The notes under the pieces: generated by a model
Databases searched by the model: none
Seen by the model: the letters and a program-made list of their open reading frames with translations, nothing else
Told to the model about the DNA's origin: nothing
Assembly: GCF_001997385.1 (NCBI RefSeq)
Contig: NZ_CP019633.1
Coordinates: 2,460,001 to 2,492,000, forward strand
Direction of reading: 5' to 3'
DNA: 32,000 nucleotides
Origin: Sedimentisphaera cyanobacteriorum
Lineage (GTDB): Bacteria > Planctomycetota > Phycisphaerae > Sedimentisphaerales > Sedimentisphaeraceae
Position numbers and translations under genes: made by a program
In this document: piece by piece, positions 23,730 through 30,570 of the stretch
How positions within the stretch are numbered: position 1 is the first letter of the stretch
Layout: each line of letters opens with the position of its first letter

Positions 23730-26162
23730 TCAGTCTTCAAACGGCCAGAGTTTTTCTTCAATCCAGCAGCCGAACATATTGCTCAAATCTGTCAGGTCAA
23801 CTGAATTGTCGTGGTTTTTATCCGCCCAAGAACGAACAGACTGATATACCGAGCTCACTTTTGCAAGATACAGAATTTCCTCATGGCTCAGCGCCCGGTT
23901 ATAGAATCTCAGATCATCTATCCTGCCGCTCCAGCCGGGAATAAGCTCCCAGTTTGTAACATCAATCGGGGTCAGCGGGAAGTAGGCCTGCCTTGCCATC
24001 ATCTCGCCGTTTCTGTATATAAACATCTCGCCAAGATCAGCATTTTTCACAAAGGCATAATGATTCCAGCTTCCCTGCCAGTCTTCAGGGCCTGCCCAGC
24101 CCCAATTGAGCTTGTCGGAGTTCAGGGCAAACTCAACTATATTACCTTCCTTCTGATAAGGCCCAGGCAGAAAAACCCCGCCTGCCCAGCTCGGATTCCT
24201 GAACTTCATAAGATTATTGGCCGATGTCCGGGCTCCTGTATTCCCGTTTACCCAGAGCGAAACAGTAACTTCATCTGTTCCTGCAGCGTTTGGGTCTGAG
24301 AGTCTTTCGGGAACTAATGCCTCTCCGGGGAATTGGAACCATCCGCTTGAAATTGCAGAAAGATCCAAACAGCCCCCTTCCCGGCCGCTTTCCGGGTTCC
24401 AAGCACCAGCTGGCATACTTGTGCCTTTGAATTCTCCGTCTAGCTGATTTGCTGAGGAATCAGAAACGATTTCGCCTTCTGTTTCGTTAAACTTGTATCT
24501 TGCTGTAAGACCTGCCGGCTCGCTTTCAGAAGCTGTTACGATCTGCCCTGTCATTCCCCAGTCGTTAGCAATTACTGAATAATCGCCAAGGTCTGCGATG
24601 CAGTCTGTCCCGCGGAAATCTCCAAGGGCGTATCTGCCAACGCAGCGTTTGGGGTAAACTTGCAGGTCATCAAGGAATATGCTTCCCTCGCCGCATCCGG
24701 TGGCATCAATACCGAGAGTAACGGTTTGAACATCTGTGATATCAACGCCTTCATTTGCAAAGTCAGAGAGCTTTGCATCAAATCCTTTCCACTGATTTGC
24801 CCTGTCTGCGAGCGATGGGCTGTAATGAACTGTTGCTGAGTTGGAGCTGCTGTCTGTTAGAGTTGTTGAAAGCTGAGCGTTCATAGGCAGCTCGCCAAAG
24901 AAGCTTACAGTTATCACTTCACCCTCTCCGAAGGAAAGGCTGCTGAAAGGCAGAACTCTGGATGTCTCAGCGATGCCGTTATTGTACTTCAGCTCAATTG
25001 ACTGCTGGTTTTCTGCAATTACAGAATTAGGGTCTGGGCTGCCAGTCCATACATCTCCCACGGGCGAGCCCTCGTCGTAGCTCTCGAAGTCATCGATAAG
25101 ATTTGATTCAGGAGTGCTGAAGCTCCATACATCCCCCTTCCAAACTTCAGAGGTGTCAGTGTTCACTGAATCCACTCTCCAGAAGTATTCTTCATCAAGG
25201 CTCAGGCCGGACATAGGCCCGTAAGAATAAACAAGATTTGGGTCTGAGTCTGGAGTTTCGAATCTTCCCTGATAAATGTCCATACTTGAAGGGGTGGCCG
25301 CAAATACGTCTTCGTAGTCTGTTCCGAAGTAAACGTCGTGATGTGTTTCGAATTCTCCCGGCTGCCAGTAAAGGGTTAACGGTGAGGTGTAGCTGGAAAG
25401 CAGTTTGGTATCAGCAGGAAGAGGATTGAATACATTCTCCTCAGGCAGCATTGAAGCGGTAATCACAGTGTATGTCCCGTTTTCCACTATGCTGATAGAC
25501 CCTCTCGGATCGCCGCCGTAAGCTGTGAGCAGGCCGTCTTCTATATACTGCTCGAACTTGCTCTTTTTGTAGCCTGAAATTTGAAGCGTGCCTCCGGTGA
25601 CATCCACTGTCCCGCCGTCCTGAATGACGATATCATCCGCTGTTACTGTGCCTCCGTATGCGTTGAGCTCTGCGGTGCCTCCCGAGCTGCTCCAGTCGCC
25701 CGGGACATAAAGACTCCAGTTTACCTCAACTGTTCCGGAATTAACATTCAGCACGCCTCTTGTATCGGCGGACCGGCCAAGGAACAGGGCTTTCTCTGCG
25801 ATGAATGAACCCCCTTGGCTGACTTCGATAGTCCCGTCTGCATCGCTTCCCCAGTTGCCGGCAGTTACGTTGTCGTATGCCTTCAAGCTGCCCTTTACTA
25901 CAAGATAACTCGGCCCCCAGTTTTTCCCGACTAACAAACTTCCGCATTCGAAATCGCCTTCCGGACTCACTTGAGCCCTTGTTTCCCAGCCGGATTTATT
26001 TATTTCCACGGCAGCAGATGAAAAGTCGGGGACTGTGCTTTGCCCCCAGTTATTCGCATTGCCCCAAGACCAGTCATTGTACTCTGCATTAGTCCACCAG
26101 TTGGCCGCATGAACGCTCAAGGCAAAGCAAACAAGCAATGAAAAACTCAAAAAACGTTTCAT
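23730..26162 (-). CDS. Secreted LamG (Laminin_G_3/concanavalin-like) domain protein with shared N-terminal module, Fn3/PKD-like and CBM-like regions and dockerin-like loops; no catalytic motif recognised
   Basis: Signal peptide MKRFLSFSLLVCFALSVHA. Residues 20-237 form the shared module (NWWTNAEYNDWSWGNANNWGQSTVP ... EDGLLTAYGGDP). Residues 255-350 carry the YWQPGE..HDVYFGTD...YFWRVDSV...VWSFST module. Residues 552-765 are LamG-type (LTARYKFNETEGEIVSDSSANQLDGEF...VTVSLWV...HYAFVKN...GRIDDLRFYNRALSHEEI). The Ca-loops are DFRGTDCIADLGDYSVIANDW (aa 515-535) and DKNHDNSVDLTDLSNMFGCW (aa 781-800). Strong AAGGAG SD. Confidence 0.75.
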   Translation of the reverse strand: MKRFLSFSLLVCFALSVHAANWWTNAEYNDWSWGNANNWGQSTVPDFSSAAVEINKSGWETRAQVSPEGDFECGSLLVGKNWGPSYLVVKGSLKAYDNVTAGNWGSDADGTIEVSQGGSFIAEKALFLGRSADTRGVLNVNSGTVEVNWSLYVPGDWSSSGGTAELNAYGGTVTADDIVIQDGGTVDVTGGTLQISGYKKSKFEQYIEDGLLTAYGGDPRGSISIVENGTYTVITASMLPEENVFNPLPADTKLLSSYTSPLTLYWQPGEFETHHDVYFGTDYEDVFAATPSSMDIYQGRFETPDSDPNLVYSYGPMSGLSLDEEYFWRVDSVNTDTSEVWKGDVWSFSTPESNLIDDFESYDEGSPVGDVWTGSPDPNSVIAENQQSIELKYNNGIAETSRVLPFSSLSFGEGEVITVSFFGELPMNAQLSTTLTDSSSNSATVHYSPSLADRANQWKGFDAKLSDFANEGVDITDVQTVTLGIDATGCGEGSIFLDDLQVYPKRCVGRYALGDFRGTDCIADLGDYSVIANDWGMTGQIVTASESEPAGLTARYKFNETEGEIVSDSSANQLDGEFKGTSMPAGAWNPESGREGGCLDLSAISSGWFQFPGEALVPERLSDPNAAGTDEVTVSLWVNGNTGARTSANNLMKFRNPSWAGGVFLPGPYQKEGNIVEFALNSDKLNWGWAGPEDWQGSWNHYAFVKNADLGEMFIYRNGEMMARQAYFPLTPIDVTNWELIPGWSGRIDDLRFYNRALSHEEILYLAKVSSVYQSVRSWADKNHDNSVDLTDLSNMFGCWIEEKLWPFED

Positions 26163-26206
26163 AATATTACTCCTTAAAAAACATTAAATTAAAGATATAT
26201 CTTAAT

Positions 26207-26236
26207 ATTATACCGCCTTAGTGTGCTTTTAAGCAC
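26207..26236 (-). promoter_or_regulatory. Candidate promoter of the 810-aa gene with overlapping inverted repeat
   Basis: A perfect TATAAT lies on the minus strand (26207-26212), paired with a weak -35 TGCTTA (26230-35). The inverted repeat GTGCTT-TT-AAGCAC (26223-26236) overlaps the -35 position. Confidence 0.35.
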
Positions 26237-26279
26237 TGATTTGTTTTTGCTTTCTGCCAATATGTAAATAAATTCGCTT

Positions 26280-29162
26280 TCAATTATGATTAAAAACTGT
26301 CTTCAGCTGTTCAGCAGATAGCTTTTTCTCCGGAGCAAAATTTTCGCTCTGCATATAGTTGAAGATGCTTCTCTTCAGCTGCCTTGCCACAGGCCTTTGC
26401 TCAAGTTCGGAGTTTATATCCATGCAGCATACCAGCACACTGCCTTTTCCTATTTGAGCCTCAAACAGCAGCCCGAGCTTTCTGTTTCTGTGCCAGTCGT
26501 CTATCATCTGGATTGTCGGGAGGAAATCTTGAGGAAGGCCGCTGAGAATCATCGGCTCGCAGTCATTCATCAATTCCCACCACTGCCAGTTTGTATGCAT
26601 GTCTGTGGGAAAATCATTAAAGACAGGATGTTCCGGTCTGCAGAGCATTCCCATTGTGTCTGATTCCCCGCCGTCTGTCCAAGGGCAGTTCCAGTATATG
26701 CTCGGGAAGCACGGTTTCACATCGCCCTTGATATAATCTTTCTTCGCAAGCAGAAGCAGTTTTCCGCCTTCAAGCAGATAGTCCAAATTATCCGAATCAA
26801 GCCTGTTCGTTATTTTGAAATCTTCCGCTTCGGGGATTTGCGGGTTTTCAGGATAAACCCAGAAATCCCAGTTATTGCTTGCCTCAGCTTCAGGTATTCT
26901 AACGCAGATATTGTATTTTGCGGGGGCTTTCAGGCTGGAAAGATCAAGCCTTACTCTCCCAGCCCAGTGGCCATTGCCAACCGGCAGGTCAACCTCCTGA
27001 CACTCTCCGCTTTTGACCATATCGCCCGATTCATTATTTATTTCCCATTTAAGCCGGGTGCTGGATATTGGGTTAGGGCTGAAGTTTGCAGCCTCAAGCT
27101 TTGCATCAAATTTTTCTCCCGTTGTGAACACCCGCTTTTCCATTCTCAGAAGCGGAACAACCGGCGAGCAGAATTTTCGGAATTCTTTTCCGCTGACATA
27201 GCCTTTGGAATCCCAGAAACCGTCGAGAATGCCCACTAACGCCGTGCCCTGGCCGAGGAAATCGTGAATATCCAGAAGCTGGAAGCCCCCGAAATCTTTA
27301 GTTCTAAGGCCTGCTTCGATCTCTTCCTTAAACTGCTTAACCTGCCACTTTCCTGAGGCTTGAACAAAATCATCATTCAGCTCAAGCATACCGCTCTGTT
27401 TGAGCTGGTCTCGAGCGATAATCAAATAGCCCGGCGTAAGGCTGCCGGTGAATTTATCGATGTCATCCACATCAGGATAGCTGCACCTCTGGACAGTTTC
27501 ATGCTGAATAAGCGGTTTGGGATAGAGCGAGGCGATAGTGCTGTAGTCCAGATTGGTATCGGGTTTTCTTGAGGTGAAAAAGCTCGACCCGGGAAGCGGA
27601 GGCCAGCCGCACTGGTATCTGATTCGGAATCGCCGCAGTTCTTCAAGTTCTTGCCATCCGCCTGTGCTTACCGATTTGCCTATATAGTAATCAGTATTAT
27701 CTGAGTTGAATCCGTTGGCATAACCGGTATATAGCCGTCTGCTGTCTTTACGCTTAGACTCCTCCATCAGCTCTTCCATTATCTCTGCCTTCATCCAGCC
27801 CTCATTGCCAACCCCGTAAAAAGTGAATGAGGCGTGATTGCCGTATTCCTTGAGGATCCTTTCCCATTCGGCTTTGATATAAGCTGCTATGTCTGAATCT
27901 CTTCTTTTTATCCCTGCCCAGATATTGCATTCGGGCTGGAGGTATATCCCCGCACGGTCTGCCGCCTTGAAAGCTGCTTCAGGAGGGCACCAAGAATGAA
28001 ATCTTATATGATTGAGGCCGTAGCTTTTGCATTGAGCCATAATCTTATTCCAGTACTCAATATCCATAGACGGATACCCTGTTTTCGGGAAGATGCAGCA
28101 TTCAAGAGTTCCTCGAAGGAAGGTCTTTCTCCCGTTAACGAGGAAACTGCTTCCCTCTGTCTCGATTTTTCTCATCCCGAAAACAACTGTATCGGTTATT
28201 TCTCGACGGCTTTCAAATTTGAGGCTCAATTTCATTCTGTAAAGACTCGGGCTGAATTCATCCCAGAGCAAAACCTCTTCACCCATCGGGAAGCTTACGG
28301 TAATCTCCGGATTTATACTGCCTGCGTTTACAGGGAATGAATGCTGGCCTGTCTTATGTTTTTTTCCTGTATTGAAAGATGATGCGCTGATTTTCAGTTT
28401 GCCATACTCGGATTCCTCAATGCCTGAGACTTTAAGCTTAACCTTGGCGGATTTGTCTTCAACATTCGGATAAACCTGCAAGTCGCTTATCCTCAGCTCC
28501 GGCTTGGCAGAAAGCTCAATAGACCCGATAATCCCGTTCCAGGGGGTTTGGGTGTGATTTGTGATTGAATGGGAGTTTTTGCCTATTGGGTAGAGCATCC
28601 TGTTATCAACTGCTATAGTAATCTGATGCCTTCCTGGGCTCAATTGCTTTGTGCAGTTGTACTTATGGCTCGCTGCAAGGCTGTCGAACTGGCCGAGCTT
28701 CTCAGAATCAATCCATACATGAGAGCGCCAGTGTACCCTTTCGAGATTGAGGAAAATCTCTTTATCTGCCCAGCTCTCGGGGATATCAACCTCTCTTTTG
28801 AACCAAGCCAGCCCCATGTAATGGCGGTCTGGATTGAGGAAATACGGGATCACAATATTCCCCGGCTCGGAATATGCCTCATACATCGGATCGTCCGGCC
28901 ATTTGGGGTAATTCTCGAAATTTACAGATTTGCGCCAGACGAAATCGGTGTCTAAACTGATCTGCTCGCCGTAACCCTGCTCCTGAATAGAGCCGGGCAG
29001 ATGGATTTTCCCTTCAAAGCTTTGATTAAACCAATTTTGTTCTCGGCCTTCATCCTGAGGGTCTAATTTGAACTGCCACTTCCCGCTTAAGTCGATAGAA
29101 GATGCTAAAACTGAAGAAGTTAGCAACAGGGTTGTTAGAATTGAAAAAGTCTTTAAACGCAT
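26280..29162 (-). CDS. Secreted glycoside hydrolase family 2 (GH2) enzyme, paralog of 2429-5671 lacking the discoidin domain
   Basis: Signal peptide MRLKTFSILTTLLLTSSVLAS. It is collinear with the 1080-aa GH2 (IDLSGKWQFKLDPQDEG, LPGSIQEQGYGE, RGTLECCIFPKTGYP, GLNHIRFHSWCPPEAAF, GVGNEGW, IQHETVQR, GGFQLLDIHDF.GQGTAL.GILD.FWDSKGYV). It ends just where the other paralog's CBM32 begins. Confidence 0.8.
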   Translation of the reverse strand: MRLKTFSILTTLLLTSSVLASSIDLSGKWQFKLDPQDEGREQNWFNQSFEGKIHLPGSIQEQGYGEQISLDTDFVWRKSVNFENYPKWPDDPMYEAYSEPGNIVIPYFLNPDRHYMGLAWFKREVDIPESWADKEIFLNLERVHWRSHVWIDSEKLGQFDSLAASHKYNCTKQLSPGRHQITIAVDNRMLYPIGKNSHSITNHTQTPWNGIIGSIELSAKPELRISDLQVYPNVEDKSAKVKLKVSGIEESEYGKLKISASSFNTGKKHKTGQHSFPVNAGSINPEITVSFPMGEEVLLWDEFSPSLYRMKLSLKFESRREITDTVVFGMRKIETEGSSFLVNGRKTFLRGTLECCIFPKTGYPSMDIEYWNKIMAQCKSYGLNHIRFHSWCPPEAAFKAADRAGIYLQPECNIWAGIKRRDSDIAAYIKAEWERILKEYGNHASFTFYGVGNEGWMKAEIMEELMEESKRKDSRRLYTGYANGFNSDNTDYYIGKSVSTGGWQELEELRRFRIRYQCGWPPLPGSSFFTSRKPDTNLDYSTIASLYPKPLIQHETVQRCSYPDVDDIDKFTGSLTPGYLIIARDQLKQSGMLELNDDFVQASGKWQVKQFKEEIEAGLRTKDFGGFQLLDIHDFLGQGTALVGILDGFWDSKGYVSGKEFRKFCSPVVPLLRMEKRVFTTGEKFDAKLEAANFSPNPISSTRLKWEINNESGDMVKSGECQEVDLPVGNGHWAGRVRLDLSSLKAPAKYNICVRIPEAEASNNWDFWVYPENPQIPEAEDFKITNRLDSDNLDYLLEGGKLLLLAKKDYIKGDVKPCFPSIYWNCPWTDGGESDTMGMLCRPEHPVFNDFPTDMHTNWQWWELMNDCEPMILSGLPQDFLPTIQMIDDWHRNRKLGLLFEAQIGKGSVLVCCMDINSELEQRPVARQLKRSIFNYMQSENFAPEKKLSAEQLKTVFNHN

Positions 29163-29242
29163 ACTTGTCTCTCAATAATTGCTTATTATAAGTGTGTATA
29201 TAAACACACCATCTTTCTTTATAACACATTTTCTGAAACTGA

Positions 29243-29284
29243 CAACGCAAATATGTATAAAAACACCGCAATTTTGTGCAACTT
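29243..29284 (-). promoter_or_regulatory. Candidate promoter/operator block of second GH2 gene (copy B of the conserved 42-bp element)
   Basis: The minus strand reads AAGTTGCACAAAATTGCGGTGTTTTTATACATATTTGCGTTG. The core 29254-29281 matches 5761-5788 at 25/28 positions. It starts 92 nt upstream of the ATG at 29162. Confidence 0.55.
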
Positions 29285-29352
29285 CACAAGCTGACTGGTC
29301 ATCAGAACAGCCTTAAAGAGAGACAGTAAGTTGAGACAGTTAGCGGAATCTG

Positions 29353-30462
29353 TTATTTTCCGGCCTCTAAAACCGCTTCAAAAGCGGGTTTGGGCTTGCA
29401 GTTTCTATTGAAAAGAAGCGGATAATCCGTTCTGCCCCGCACAGGCCAGTTGTTACGCCATGAGCAGCCGTCGTGTACTCCCCAGAAAGTTATCCGGCTG
29501 AGCTTCCCCGAATTCCGGCTGAACAGTACGAAAAGCTGCTTATACCGCTTCGCGAGCTTTCTGTGCATATTTGCAGGCAGGCCGTTCGGGAAGGGATTGA
29601 TCTCATTTCTCAGCTCATAATTTTGGCTTATATCTGCGCCTCTATGCTCCCAAGCGCTCGGCAGTACAGTCAAATCCAGCTCTGTAATCATAACCTTCAG
29701 CCCGAGGTTCGAAAAGGCATCAATGCTTTTTTGGATTTCAGCAGAAGGTGGATGGCTGAGCCCCCAGTGCCCCTGTATGCCGATGCCGTCTATTCGAATG
29801 CCCTTGCTTTGCAGCTTCTTTGCAAGCTCTGCGGCGGCCTTTCTCTTTTTGCCTCGATACATATTATAATCATTGTAATACAGCTCCGCCTCGGGCGCTG
29901 CCTGATGAGCATATTCAAATGCCTTGGCGATATAATCATCGCCTATAATCTCACGCCATTTCGTATTTCTGAGCGAGCCGTTATCCTCAATCGCCTCGTT
30001 CACGACATCCCAGCCATGCACTTTCCCCTTATACCTGCCTGCAGCCTTGAATATATGCTCCTTCATCCTTTTGAGCAGTTCTTCGCGGCTAACCTCGCTT
30101 CCATCTGCATTTTTGAACACCCAGTCCGGCGTCTGATTATGCCAGATTAGCGTATGGCCCACAACGAACATCGAATTTTCAGCCCCGATGGATGCGTATT
30201 TATCTGCCGGCTCAAAATTGTACTCATCAGGCTCCGGATGTATGCTGCTCCATTTCATCACATTCTCAGGCGTGATGGAATTGAATTGTTCGCGAAGAAG
30301 GCTTACTGCTTTTGGGGAGCGGCCGTAAATCTGGCTTCTGTTTACAGTAGCGCCGATATGAAAATCATCTTTGAAAACGTCTTTCAGACTTGTTAAAGAA
30401 TTTTCCTCAGCTGCAAAGCATAAAGATACTGCTGCAAATAATGCTGCAAACCACAATCTCAT
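29353..30462 (-). CDS. Secreted GH10 endo-1,4-beta-xylanase
   Basis: Signal peptide MRLWFAALFAAVSLCFA. GH10 acid/base motif HGWDVVNEAIED and nucleophile motif KVMITELDLTVL. SD AAGGGAG. Confidence 0.9.
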   Translation of the reverse strand: MRLWFAALFAAVSLCFAAEENSLTSLKDVFKDDFHIGATVNRSQIYGRSPKAVSLLREQFNSITPENVMKWSSIHPEPDEYNFEPADKYASIGAENSMFVVGHTLIWHNQTPDWVFKNADGSEVSREELLKRMKEHIFKAAGRYKGKVHGWDVVNEAIEDNGSLRNTKWREIIGDDYIAKAFEYAHQAAPEAELYYNDYNMYRGKKRKAAAELAKKLQSKGIRIDGIGIQGHWGLSHPPSAEIQKSIDAFSNLGLKVMITELDLTVLPSAWEHRGADISQNYELRNEINPFPNGLPANMHRKLAKRYKQLFVLFSRNSGKLSRITFWGVHDGCSWRNNWPVRGRTDYPLLFNRNCKPKPAFEAVLEAGK

Positions 30463-30506
30463 AAATTCTCCCTTAATTCAAACCGCAGGAATTTTACCGC
30501 TGCACG

Positions 30507-30535
30507 ATGATATTCAAATTTGATTTAATTTGCAA
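30507..30535 (-). promoter_or_regulatory. Candidate promoter of GH10 gene
   Basis: Minus strand TTGCAA (30530-30535), a 17-nt spacer, then TATCAT (30507-30512). The -35 context TTTGCAAATT loosely resembles the GH2 blocks. Confidence 0.4.
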
Positions 30536-30570
30536 ATACCATCTAACGGCTCTTCTGCATTTAGGCGAAT

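Noticed and set aside
21345-26162. The 760-aa and 810-aa proteins as classical autotransporters or adhesins, because of the W-rich, beta-helix-like N-terminal repeats.
   Set aside because: Neither has a C-terminal beta-barrel translocator domain. The C-termini are a GH beta-sandwich and a LamG/dockerin-like segment.
29473-30150. A 225-aa plus-strand ORF antisense to the GH10 gene. Similar long antisense ORFs occur at 16560-17108, 23811-24299, 11356-11841, 4277-4744, 14346-14777, 26838-27239, 28569-28955 and elsewhere.
   Set aside because: Each lies entirely inside a well-supported gene on the opposite strand. None has a recognisable motif or SD sequence, and their composition is low-complexity or Cys/Arg-rich, as expected of shadow frames in ~50% GC DNA.
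30481-30510. AAACCGCAGGAATTTTACCGCTGCA upstream of GH10 as a third copy of the GH2 operator block.
   Set aside because: Only the ACCGCA word and a T-run are shared. The spacing between half-sites differs (17 versus 10 bp), and it sits 20-50 nt from the start codon rather than 90-120 nt.
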